From: Selaginella moellendorffii
Taxonomy: Eukaryota; Plantae; Lycopodiophyta
Length of the DNA stretch: 64,000 bases
Assembly (NCBI RefSeq): GCF_000143415.4
Contig: NW_003314417.1
Coordinates: 89,219 to 153,218, forward strand
Direction of reading: 5' to 3'
In this document: piece by piece, positions 26,401 through 38,911 of the stretch
Layout: each line of letters starts with the position of its first letter
How positions within the stretch are numbered: the first letter of the stretch is position 1
The notes under the pieces: model-generated
What the model saw: the letters and a program-made list of their open reading frames with translations, nothing else
The model's database searches: none
What the model was told of the DNA's origin: nothing
Made by a program: the position numbers and the translations under genes

Positions 26401-26513
26401 TTCTTGACCATGACCCCGAGGGCATCCCCCACACTTGGTGGTGCACCCAAGCCAGCCCTTACGGCTAAGGGTCCATAACAATTGAGATTAAGTGTTTCTA
26501 TCTCACTGCCACT
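23476..26513. mobile_element. Rearranged derivative of LTR family X
   Basis: 23476-24257 is the 5' part of the X LTR (+). 24258-25193 is X internal sequence (-) with PBS gctccgatacca at 25179-25190. 25194-25510 is an X LTR end (-). 25512-25790 is an inverted copy of ~29905-30160. 25797-26513 copies ~30190-30915. Confidence 0.75.
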
Positions 26514-27031
26514 TGTCACATACCATGTGTCCAAAGGATAGTGGTGTGGAACCCAAGTTTCAAGGCCTTGGGCCATTGAACGAAGGAATAGTGCCAAACT
26601 CTTGAGAATAGAGCCAAGGAGCAATGGCACTGGAGTAGAGAATGACTCCCCATACAGCCCAAGGAGCGAAGGGATAGGAGCATGGAGTAACTTGGATCAA
26701 TCCTAGAGCAACCAGCATCCCAATGCCAGGACTAGCACGCAAAACAAAGCCAAAAAAAGTCTGGCACTATTTCAGCATATCGGTGGTTTAACGCAAGGAT
26801 ATGGGTACTCCACCAGCTAGCATTATGTGGAATGTGGGCTTAGACCCAAGCTACATGCAGAACAAGGACAAGCACACAAGCGGGAATTAGACTATGCCTC
26901 AAGTTGGTCGGCCATGCCTGACCTACACACTATCCCTACTATACATTTGGAACCCCTTATAGCCCCCCCCTCTGTTGAGGACACATGCTTTGGGCCTTCA
27001 CCCCAAGCCTCCCTTAGTATCAAGAGTTAGT
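26514..27031 (-). mobile_element. Putative LTR family Y, left part; probably continues at 45219-45691
   Basis: Starts tgtcaca; the segment beyond element Z ends tgtgaca at 45691, giving inverted termini. Homologous to 63602-64000. No TSD found. Confidence 0.5.
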
Positions 27032-27114
27032 TGTAAGGAACCAACTCCCCAAAGTGTCGTAAGCTAAAGGATCCCCGAAAGCATAACCGAAATGATAAAG
27101 AGTTCATCAGATGG

Positions 27115-27610
27115 GACCGAGTCTGAGATTGAGTCCAACATTGACTCCAAGACTGAGTTTGAGATAGAGTTTGGGATCAAGTCCAAGGCCGACTCCGAGA
27201 CCAAGCTCGAGACTGAATTCGAGACTGAGTTCGAGACAAAGTTCGAGATCCGAGATCGGGTTCGAGATCGGGTCCGAGGTCGAGTCCAGGGTCGAGTCAG
27301 AGATCGGGTCCAAGGTCAAGTCCGAGATCGAGTCTGAGACCGAGTCTGAGGTCGGGTCCGAGATCGAGTCTGAGATCGAGTCCAAGGCCGACTCCGAGAC
27401 CGAGCTCGAGATTGAGTTCGAGACCGAGATCGAGAAAAAGTCTGAAATCGTCCGAGACCGAGTCCGAGGTCGAGTCCAGGGTCGAGTCCGAGATCAGGTC
27501 CAAGGTCAAGTCCGAGATCGAGTCCGAGACCAAGTCTGAGACCGAGTCCGAGACCGAGTCTGAGGTCGGGTCCGAGATCGAGTCCGAGATCGAGTCCGAG
27601 ACCGAGTCCA
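27115..27610 (+). repeat. GAGTCC/GAGATC/GAGACC hexamer-based array in the Z LTR
   Basis: Directly visible, including a larger internal duplication (~27270-27385 vs ~27450-27600). Confidence 0.9.
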
Positions 27611-29000
27611 AGAACTAATACAGGTCGAGGGATGAAAGCCCAAAGCATGTGTCTCCTAGGGGGGCTGCAAGGGGTTCCACAAGTATAGTAAGGATAGTGA
27701 GGTCCAGGAACCAATTTTGAAGGAACTCTCTAGTGATGCTTCCAAACCGACTAGCCTTGGGTGGGAGTGAGCATGGACTCGGCTGGTGCCAGAGGGGCCA
27801 CTCAAGGAAGTGCTCAAGAGCAGCTCCCACTCTCGGAAAGGAAACCAACTACGGTGTTCCCGGCTCATGTGGAGTGGTGCCCCATTTGAGTACCTTGCGG
27901 CTCATTGGTCCTCGCCTTCCTAAGGGCTTGGTGTAAGTGACTAATTTTTCCATTTTACTTTAGTCACTTAACCGCACCTCCGACCACTTGGAGGAGTTTC
28001 ACTCACAACCTCCATAAGTCTTATTTTGGACTTGGGCTTACTAGCCTCGAGAATGGCATCCCCGCCACTCAACCTATGCACTTGGTCCAAGTGCTCAACG
28101 TGTCCGATCCCATGACCAACACCCCAAGGTACCACCAACATATCAGCCTGTTACACTAAGGCCATGTCCATTCACCTTGGTCACAACGATGGTCTGACAC
28201 CACCTACATCCCAGTCCCGTCACTCAAAGACTGGGCCATCCATCCACGAGTGATCATCCCAGATTCACTCCTTAGCATCCTTAGGATGCCCATAGACATG
28301 GGGATTAGCCTTCCCCAATATCTCCGTTCCAGTCCCCACCAAGTCCCTTTTCGTCCTCGGCCGTACTCGCCAACACTGCCACTAGATCAAGGCCCACGGG
28401 CCCGACCAATAAGTCCCACTGTCCTCTAGGACTTCCTCCCTGTGTGACCGTGTCCTTGGCCACCATACCAAAGGACTACTCCTCTTCCTTTCCACAGTTT
28501 GGGACTTTGGGATGACATTTCGGAACACCATGGCCCTACGCGGGCCTTGTGGGTACTCTCCCTGCCTTTCGCCTTTAGGTGCTCTAGCCATGAGCTTAGA
28601 GTAAGGTTCCATTGAGCCACACCAGGTATCTAAGTAGGTAGTGCCACCCACACTTGGACTGGGAGCATCGGCCAGACGATCTCCCGGGGGAACTAGAGTC
28701 GGCTCTTGAACACTTCACCAAGCTACCCTGCTTGTCGGTCCGTGTTCACTCTAGCCTTGGACTTCCCAGTGGTCAGCTCATCACCCAACACTGGGTGCAG
28801 CCTCTCTGGGCCAAACTAGCCTTTCCTAGCCAAACTGGCTCCACTACAGTCCTCCCCCTCACTATACTTTTGGAGCTCACCAAACCCCCTAGGGTCTGGG
28901 AGACGAATGCTTTGGGCTTTCACCCTCTTAGACTCGAACTCAGACTCGGACTCGGACTCGGACTCGGCCTTGGCCTCGGCCTCGGTCTCAATCTCGGTCC

Positions 29001-29061
<61 letters not shown>

Positions 29062-32000
29062 AGTCTTGACTCGGACTCCATCTCGGGTCCTTCTCGGACT
29101 CTATCTCGGATTCCATCTTGGGTCCATCTCGGACTCCATCTCGGACTCCGTCTCGGTCCATCTCGGACTCCATCTCGGACTCCGTCTCGGTCCATCTCAG
29201 ACTCCATCTCGGACTCCGTCTCGGTCCACCTCGGACTTCGTCTCGGACTCCGTCTCGGTCCACCTCGGACTTCGTCTCGGACTCCATCTCGGACTCCGTC
29301 TCGGTCCACCTCGGACTCCATCTCAGACTCCATCTCGGGCTCCACTTCAGACTCCATCTCGGGTCCATCTCGGGCTCCACTTCGGGTCCATCTTGGACTC
29401 CACTTCGGGTCCATCTCGGACACTTCCATGCGTCATGTGTTGGTCCTTTTGGGTCCCTTTTTGGAGCCTTGCTTATTGCTCGCTTCATGCTCGTTCCTTG
29501 AGCACTCTGTTGGGAGTTCCACTCCTGCTCTCAACCTCTCAAGTCGGAGCCTTTTAGTCCAAACGTGTTACGCTCGTTTGGTTTTTGCTTTGGCCACTAC
29601 CATGTGGCACCCTTTCGGCTCCACTTTGGGGCTTAGGGATTTGTGTCTCACAAGTCCACCACCCATAGATGAAGTTCGAACAGTAAACCCTTTTTATAAA
29701 GTAACACCCACATGTATTACTGTTTCCATCCTTGGCCCCTGGCCAATATTTGTCTATGGTTTGACACTAAAGGTTCACCATGTCTTGTCCATCCTCTAAG
29801 GAGCATAGTCTCTCCAATATAGAGACTCATTCAACCACTGGGGGTGGTTTGCTCCCTTTTATTGGTTCAGTTCTCGCTAAATCTGTTAGAGAGTCCCTCT
29901 CTAACTTAATTCCACTACTCATTCTCGAGTAGTCTCAGATTCCCATTATATAACCTTGCACTTTAGAACTTTTAATTTTGATTTCTCAAAGTCAATTTCC
30001 TAGGTGTCTCCGACACCTTACATTGCACATGGTGCAACTCCACTTCCCTATCCTAGGAAGTTTTTTACTTGAGGATACCATCATCCTCTCTCCGATATCA
30101 TGCCACCTTTGACACTAAGTTTCAGTTATCATAATTGGTGCTAGGGCTGCCCACGGCCCTATTATTTGGCTACCTTACCGCTCCCCCCTTTGGAGCATCT
30201 ACTTCGCCAAATCGGAGCGGTTGGGAATCCACCCTTAGGGAAACTTTGCCTTTCCCACAATCCGTTAGCAACCAACACTTTAGTGTTCTCAGCCTAACTT
30301 TGCCATTTGGATTCTTTCCCAAGATTCCCATGGCTCTTTTCTTAGCCACTAGTCTTTTGCTTCTATCCTTGATTGTTGCACCCAGCAACATAGGATCACT
30401 ACCTCCATTTTTGAGGTTTCCTTTCAGTTCCATAATAAACACTTTGCTTTGCCAAGTCTAGAGGGTGTTCACCCCTAGTACGTCTCTTTAACATTTTCTG
30501 CTGTGGGCTCTATCCATGGCCCAACTTTTGAGATCCTCCCTTGGATCTCTTATAGAGACTACCTTCCTCGGACTTACTATGCCACAGCATTGACATAGCT
30601 CATTTCTCTTAGGTGTTCTTCCCACTTGGTCACCTTGACCAAGCCACACCATTATCAATAGTTCAAATCAACACTTTGAACTAGGAATCAGATTCCTTAA
30701 CCCAAACAAAGACCTTGTCCTTGTTTAGTCACAAGATCACCTGGTGATCTCATCTTGACCCCTTAATAGGTCTACCCATAGGAACTAGGTCTTCTAGACT
30801 CCTCCATGTTGTTGACTATGACCCCGGGGGCATCCCCCACACTTGGCGGTGCGCCCAAGCCAGCACTTCCGGCCAAAGATCCATAGCAACTGAGACTGGG
30901 TGTCCCCATCTCATTCACCACGTCCTTGGTGCCCTTTGCACCAAAGTGTTCAAATTAGATATGCCGAGCTTTCACTCTAAGCGATCTAACCGTGCATCAC
31001 GACTCCGAGGCATCCCTCGCTTGGCAGTGTGCCCAAACCAGTCTCCTCACTGAGAGTCCATGACCACCGAAAAATGAGTGTCCTCATACTCCAAACCATC
31101 ACCACACCCTAGTGATTTGGGACTCGAACCCAAGCACTAGAGGGTCGGAACTCGAACCCAACCTCCGTATATGCATTTACGGATGGCATCACACCGGATG
31201 CCTGGCGTGACTCCCCACGCCGGTGCACCAACATGTACTTAAAGTGCGCTATAGATCACAGCTTAGGAACTTATTTCCTTCCCACTGCCAAGTCCTCTCG
31301 CTTGACAAGTCTGTGATCATGTATAGACTCCTCCATACTCGGCCCCATGGCCTACCCTTTTTGAAGTTATCACCTTCAACTAGGGCATTTGTTCCCCCGA
31401 CTTGCCAATCTCACTTGGCAAGTCCTCCGACCACTGTAACATGGTTCCTGCATAGTTCCTGAAAGTTCTTGGCCATCGACTTTTATTGAAAGCCCTCTCT
31501 TTGAACACTCGAGAATTACTTCCCTAACCTTGATAAGTTTGCCTCATGGCAAGCTTCAAGACCATGCTTCTGCTGTGCCACTCTGATTTTGTGCGTTTCA
31601 TGAACCATTTACCCTTGGCCTTTCTAGGTACTAAGCTACCTAGAATCGTCTTTGGGAACCTTGAAGGAACTTTGTCCCTTAGCTTGCTAAGGCCTCCCTT
31701 TTCACAAGCTTTATAGTTGCCATATAGTTTAACATGGACAATTCCATATTTTAGACTCTCCATGGCATCACGGTTGCTAGCAACAACATCCTCAAGCACC
31801 CTCTTGATTCTCCACTCCCAACTTGCATAACCACCGTTGGATATGCCCTTCAATTTCTATGGTTCAGTTCCATCCCAATACTACTTGCCTTTTGGCCCCA
31901 TATGTTTCCTTTGGTTATTCTCCTCCAAACTAGGAGGATAGATTTGCACATTTTACTATGCCTTAGCAAGTATTCTTAGGGATGAACCTACCCAATAGCC

Positions 32001-33439
32001 TAGGGAGTGGTTCCTCAATTTTGGGCATGCTCACCTTATAATCCCACACATTGGGATTAACGTTATTGCTTATGGGCTCTTATATGCCCATCACTAGCCT
32101 TGCCAAAATTCCATTTTTGGCTTTGTCCAATTCGGGTAGACAGTCTTCTCCTGTCTCCACAACCTTGGACATTTGGATAACACCTACCATCCATCATTCG
32201 CTATGGACTTAGTCCCTTAGGCCTTATCTATTGCCCTTGCGACACGAAACACCACCTCCTGGTGTTCTAGAGTTTTTGGGTGTCCTAATGATGGCCTCCT
32301 GACAATGAGTATTCTCGTTTACGACATTGACTTACTATATCGCAACATAAGCAGTTTATCCCCCGTACTCCTCCACACAAAATGTTATTCCTAACTACTG
32401 TTCTGATCAGCATACGGAAGCTCAAAGAAATATGACAGCGTTGCTTCCTTGAAGCCTTCCTTATATCATTAAGAGGTCTTGGGTAGCTACCTTCTACCCA
32501 TTTAATCAATTATCTTGCGCCTCTTGCTTAGTTGCCCCATAGTTATCAAGTCCTACAACTCATTGCTTGGTGCTTCCACACCTCCATCATTATCTGGGTC
32601 ACCACACTCCAACCGCATGCCTTCCAGCTTAGGCCATGCCAATCCTGCTTCCGTTGGGATTCCCTTGGCAAGGGGTTCTTATGAACCCACCATCATAAGG
32701 TATCACACATTGGCACATTTGGTGTCTCCACACCATCGGCCCCACTAGCCTACCCTTATGACACTACTTATTAGTGTCTAGGTCTTTGCCAAGACCAATA
32801 TAGTTGTTCCTCATGCTAACTATCCGTTAGCACCGCACTATAGTGTTTGCACCCAACTCTGGGCCAAAGTTGCTTTCTTCTGGGAACATCTTTCCCACAA
32901 CTTTAGTATGGCACATTCTGCCATCAATGAGATACCTACTGTTCTCATACTTGGATTTTATGATCCTCCCCATACCTCATGGGGCACTATACACCTCGGT
33001 CCAAATGCTCCAACCAATCCCTTAGGACCATTCCCTGACTCTGCTTGAGTCATCCAGCATTTTGGACTTTGCTAATCCAACAACCTGCGAGGTCTCAGTC
33101 TTAGAGGTGCCAACTCACTAGAATACAACTTCTTGTATTCATGTCCTACTCACAAGGACAATCCTTACAAGTGTTACTTTAACACTTGATGATTTTCTTG
33201 GGGCTAACCTTTGCCCCTTAGGACTACTTGTCCATGTGATGAGAATAACAACTCATCTTTAAGTACACCCCCAACTCCTTGGGTTGTTCCAGCATTTATT
33301 AAAGGTAACCTCGGCTACCATTTCAAGGACTAGTGTCCTCTCCTATATTTGACCTCCCACGGTCAACAATTCCGGTCTCAAATTTATGAGTACCAGCCTC
33401 AACCATATAAGGGTAATCTTGTGACTCCTTTATTGTTTT

Positions 33440-33680
33440 GGAGTCTGCATATTTCCCGTGATCCCAACTATAGTTGTTTACCACAACTACATTAGCTCGT
33501 TTGCTGCATCAAATGCTTATTTGGATCACATCCTCAGCTCTCTGAGGAAACCCTTATACTGTTCCCAAGATCCCAAAGTCGTTCCCTTACTGGCCCTCTT
33601 CCATCCACCACATCGTGCACAAGTTCACGCATGAACTTGAGTGGAGAGCCATGTCCTCTCGACATGCTACTCCTCGAGGA
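33440..33680 (-). pseudogene. Degenerate gag remnant in element X
   Basis: Translation across stops and a frameshift gives TMWW...GSWEQYKGFLRE...AFDAANELM*LW*TTIV, the WW...W..K..L...A..EL..L.Q pattern of retrotransposon gag. Confidence 0.5.
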
Positions 33681-34896
33681 TAGGTCCATATCTAGGACCT
33701 TCCAACTCTAATACAAGTGGTGATATGCTTGGCCACCAATAAGAGTCGGACTAAGGAACAGCTCCGATACCAAGTTGTAAGCGACTAATTTTTCCATTTT
33801 ACTTTAGTCACTTAACCGCACCTCCGACCACTTGGAGGAGTCTCACTCACAACCTCCGTAAGTCTTATTTTGGACTTGGGCTTACTAGCCCCGAGAATGG
33901 CATCCCCGCCACTCAACCTATGCACTTGGTCCAAGTGCTCAATGTGTCCGATCCCATGACCAACACCCCAAGGTACCACCAACATATCAGCCTGTTACAC
34001 TAAGGCCATGTCCATTCACCTTGGTCACAACGATGGTCTGACACCACTTGCATCCCAGTCCCGTCACTCAAAGACTGGGCCATCCATCCACGAGTGATCA
34101 TCCCAGATCCACTCCTTAGCATCCTTAGGATGCCCATAGACATGGGGATTAGCCTTCCCCAATATCTCCGTTCCAGTCCCCACCAAGTCCCTTTTCGTCC
34201 TCGGCCGTACTCGCCAACACTGCCACTAGATCAAGGCCCACGGGCCCGACCAATAAGTCCCACTGTCCTCTAGGACTTCCTCCCTGTGTGACCGTGTCTT
34301 TGGCCACCACACCAGAGGATTACTCCTCTTCCTTTCCACAGTTTGGGACTTTGGGATGACATTTCGGAACACCGTGGCCCTACACGGGCCTCGTGGGTAC
34401 TCTCCTAGCCTTTCGCCTTTAGGTGCTCTAGCCATGGGCTTAGAGCGAGGTTCCATTGAGCCACACCAGGTATCCAAGTAGGTAGTGCCACCCACACTTG
34501 GACTGGGAGCATCGGCCAGACGATCTCCCGGGGGAACTAGAGTCGGCTCTTGAACACTTCACCAAGCTACCCTGTTTGTCGGTCCGTGTTCACTCTAGCC
34601 TTGGACTTCCCAGTGGTCAGCTCATCACCCAACACTGGGTGCAGCCACTCTGGGCCAAACTGGACTTTCTTGGCCAAACTGGCCTTTCCTGGCCAAACTG
34701 GCTCCACTGCAGTCCTCCCCCTCACTATACTTTTGGAGCTCACCAAACCCCCCAGGGTCTGGGAGACGAACACTTTGGGCTTTCACCCTCTTAGACTCGA
34801 ACTCGGACTCGGACTCAAACTCGGACTCGGACTCAGACTCAGACTCGGACTCAGACTCGGCCTCAGCCTCGGCCTCGGTCTCGGTCTCAGTCCCGA

Positions 34897-34930
<34 letters not shown>

Positions 34931-35396
34931 AGTCTCGGTCTCGGTCTTGGTCTCGACTCGGACTCCATCTTGGGTCCATCTCGGACTCCATCTCGGATTC
35001 CATCTCGGGTCCATCTCGGACTCCATCTCAGACTCCATCTCGGACTCCGTCTCGGTCCATCTCGGACTCCATCTCGGACTCCGTCTCGGTCCATCTCGGA
35101 CTCCGTCTCGGTCCACCTCGGACTCCATCTCGGACTCCATCTCGGGCTCCACTTTGGACTCCATCTTGGACTCCGTCTCGGTCCACCTCGGACTTCGTCT
35201 CGGACTCCATCTCGGACTCCGTCTCGGTCCACCTCGGACTCCATCTCGGGCTCCACTTCGGACTCCATATTGGGTCCATCTCAGGCTCCACTTCGGGTCC
35301 ATCTCGGACACTTCCATGTGTCATGTGTTGGTCCTTTTGGGTCCCTTTTTGGAGCATCGCTTATTGCTCGCTTCATGCTCGTTCATTGAGCACTCT

Positions 35397-37212
35397 AGCG
35401 GCTAGGCTGGCCGCGATAAGACAAATTGCTGCACTGCCGTCTAAAAACAACTTGGAGCCTCTTTTNNNNNNNNNNNNNNNNNNNNNNNNNNNNNNNNNNN
35501 NNNNNNNNNNNNNNNNNNNNNNNNNNNNNNNNNNNNNNNNNNNNNNNNNNNNNNNNNNNNNNNNNNNNNNNNNNNNNNNNNNNNNNNNNNNNNNNNNNNN
35601 NNNNNNNNNNNNNNNNNNNNNNNNNNNNNNNNNNNNNNNNNNNNNNNNNNNNNNNNNNNNNNNNNNNNNNNNNNNNNNNNNNNNNNNNNNNNNNNNNNNN
35701 NNNNNNNNNNNNNNNNNNNNNNNNNNNNNNNNNNNNNNNNNNNNNNNNNNNNNNNNNNNNNNNNNNNNNNNNNNNNNNNNNNNNNNNNNNNNNNNNNNNN
35801 NNNNNNNNNNNNNNNNNNNNNNNNNNNNNNNNNNNNNNNNNNNNNNNNNNNNNNNNNNNNNNNNNNNNNNNNNNNNNNNNNNNNNNNNNNNNNNNNNNNN
35901 NNNNNNNNNNNNNNNNNNNNNNNNNNNNNNNNNNNNNNNNNNNNNNNNNNNNNNNNNNNNNNNNNNNNNNNNNNNNNNNNNNNNNNNNNNNNNNNNNNNN
36001 NNNNNNNNNNNNNNNNNNNNNNNNNNNNNNNNNNNNNNNNNNNNNNNNNNNNNNNNNNNNNNNNNNNNNNNNNNNNNNNNNNNNNNNNNNNNNNNNNNNN
36101 NNNNNNNNNNNNNNNNNNNNNNNNNNNNNNNNNNNNNNNNNNNNNNNNNNNNNNNNNNNNNNNNNNNNNNNNNNNNNNNNNNNNNNNNNNNNNNNNNNNN
36201 NNNNNNNNNNNNNNNNNNNNNNNNNNNNNNNNNNNNNNNNNNNNNNNNNNNNNNNNNNNNNNNNNNNNNNNNNNNNNNNNNNNNNNNNNNNNNNNNNNNG
36301 GGGGGCTGCGGGGGGTTGCAAAAGTATAGTAGGGAGAGTGTGGCGGTTGGAGCCCCAGTGGAGCCAGTTTGGCCAGGAAAGGCCAGTTTGGCCTAGGAAG
36401 GCCAGACCCAGTGTTGGGTGATGAGCTGACCACTGGGAAGTCCAAGACTAGAGTGAACATGGACCGACAAGCTGGGTAGCTTAGTGAAGTGTTCAAGAGC
36501 CGGCTCTAGTTCCCCCGGGAGATCGACTGGCCGATGCTCCCAGTCCAAGTGTGGGTGGCACTACCTACTTGGATACCAGGCGTGGCTCAATGGAACCTCA
36601 CTCTAAGCCCATGGCTAGAGCACCCAAGGGCGGAAGGCAGGGAGAGTACTCAGGTGGCTCGCGTAAGGCCACGGTGTTCCGAAATGTTGTCCCAAAGGCC
36701 TAGACTGTGGAAAGGAAGAGGACCGCGGGACTTAGTGGTTGGGCCTGTGGGCCTCGATCCAGTGGCAGTGTTGGCAAACACGGCCAAGGGCAGAAATGGA
36801 CTTAGTGGGGACTGACAGAGGGATATTGGGGAAGGCTATTCCCTTTGTCGGTGGGCATCCTAAGGATGCTAAGGAGTGGATCTGAGATGACCACTCACGG
36901 ATGGTTTGCCTAGTCTTGGAGAGCCAAGACTGTGATGCAAGTGGTATTGGACTACCAGTGTGGCAAAGGTGATTGGGCATGGCCTTAGCGTAACAAGCTG
37001 TCATGTCGGTGGTACCTTTGAGTGTCAGTCATGGGATCGAACATGTGGAGCACTTGGACCAAGTGCAAATGTTGAGTGGCATGGATGCCATTCTCGGGGC
37101 TAGCAAGTCCCCAGTCCTGAATTAGACTTATGGAGGTTGTGAATGAGATTCCTCCAAGTGGTCGGAGGTGTGGTTAAGTGACTAAAGTAGAATGGAAAAT
37201 TATTCGCTTACA
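35397..37212 (+). mobile_element. Probable solo LTR of family X inserted antisense into the 5' LTR of element X
   Basis: 36300-37212 matches the 3' half of 41600-43386 and ends cgcttaca. The host LTR resumes at 37213 where it broke off at ~35396. The span of ~1.8 kb equals one LTR. The left junction lies in a gap or poor-quality sequence. Confidence 0.7.
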
Positions 37213-38225
37213 TCCGTTGGGAGTTCCACTCCTGCTCTCAACCTCTCAAGTTGGAGCCTTTTAGTCCAAACGTGTTACGCTCGTTTGGCTTTTGCTTCGG
37301 CCACTACCACATGGCACCCTTTCGACTCCACTTTGGGGCTTAGGGATTTGTGTCTCACACTTGGGCTTTCCCTTCGGGATGGAAGTGGGGGGTTAGAGGT
37401 ACCCATACCGGGCCGTTAGGGCACGATGTTTCCCCTTGGTGTCCTAAAGCAAGTTTTGCACCCAAGGCTTGGGATTTAGAGAGTTGCATGATCAAGCCTT
37501 GCTATACCAAGGGATGTTAGGAACTTAGATGCTTGGTGTGCTTGGCTGCTTATGCTTGCGGGGATTGTAGCTGAACCTTAAGTTCAGTTTAATACAGGGA
37601 GCAAGACTGGGGGAGATTTTGGAATTTGTGGATGGATGGCTAACACTCTATTGATTGTGCAGTGAGTAGTTGAAACCAAGTAAAACCAAGTAGGAGTTGG
37701 TACAATAGGTGGGAACCTTTGCAAGGGAACTTAGCAAAGGACAAGGCAGTGTTAGTCGGATAAACGAGGTAAGCTGGCAAATTGGAAAGGAAAACTTTGT
37801 GGCTTACAATTTGGTATCGGAGCTTTTTCATCAATTCTAGTGAAGGTTAGAGGTGGATTGCTAGGAGATGACAAAGGTAGGGCATAAATGAACCAAGGCA
37901 GAGATGGAACCTCCTTCAGAGCTGAAGCCTCCAATCAAACAAGAGGCTATGGATGAAGAATCCTTGCATGAGGAGGACTCCAATGAGGAAACTTTTAAAT
38001 AGGAGTCTAGTGGTGAGGTTCGGTCATCCAAGGCTCAATTAAATGTTCTAGAAGGACAGGTCATCCAAGACTTGATTGGACATTCTAGAAGGACAATTGG
38101 CACAGACCAATGCCCTGTTGGAGACTCTTGTACGCAAGCTAAAGCGTGACGAGAAGCGGAAGAAAAAGCGAAATACTGTGGATGCTAGTAGTGCAAAAGG
38201 TGTGGACCCTTCGGCAGGGACTGAG

Positions 38226-38911
38226 TGTAGCGCATGTGATCATGGGATGAGATTTGGATATACTGTCACCGTGGATCCTTGGAACCTTGGGGGATAAATG
38301 GGGATAAAATAGCCACTAAGGGCTCTCTCATCAAGCAATTGCCCCTTTTCCAGTTGGCTTAAGGGGAGAGAGATAAGGTGCACTACAGTTGGTATCGGAG
38401 CAAATGGCACGGGTTCGATTCCCATTGATTAGTGGCTACTTAAAAGTATAATATACCCTTGAGCAAGGTATATTCCTACCCCTAAATTTGAAATCGTACG
38501 TATTGGGCATCCATGCGTACGTCCATGCGTACGTCCTTCCTCTTGTGTGGTGTATCCACAGACGAAGGTATCCACTGTGGGACTGCGGTACGGGTGAATG
38601 ACTAGTTGCCTCACATGGAATAGCTGATCTACACAATGGAAGGATTGGTAGATTGAGTGCGGAAATGGAGGTGTTGGTTCCCCTTGGCTCAGTAGGGGTT
38701 GCTAGTCAATAGTCAATGAGGACATTGACATCTCTGAAGGGGGGGTGAGTGTAGCGCATGTGATCATGGGATGAGATTTGGATATACTGTCACCGTGGAT
38801 CCTTGGAACCTTGGGGGATAAATGGGGATAAAATATCCACTAAGGGCTCTCTCATCAAGCAATTGCCCCTTTTCCAGTTGGCTTAAGGGGAGAGAGATAA
38901 GGTGCGCTACA
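38226..38911 (+). mobile_element. TRIM family B, 686 bp, inserted in gag of Z
   Basis: 162-bp LTRs 38226-38387 and 38750-38911 (2 differences seen), PBS tggtatcggagc 38390-38401, PPT gaagggggggtgag, TSD ctgag/ctaag (1 mismatch), non-coding interior. Confidence 0.93.

Larger units (their letters stand above)
27932..37359 (-). mobile_element. Non-autonomous LTR retrotransposon X (LARD/TR-GAG-like) inserted in the 5' LTR of Z
   Basis: TSD CTTGG (27927-27931 / 37360-37364). 3' LTR 27932-29652; PPT-like gggtggtggact (rc of 29653-29664); PBS rc of gctccgatacca 33761-33772; 5' LTR 33776-~35396 + 37213-37359. The 4.1-kb internal region shows no RT/INT motifs. Confidence 0.88.
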
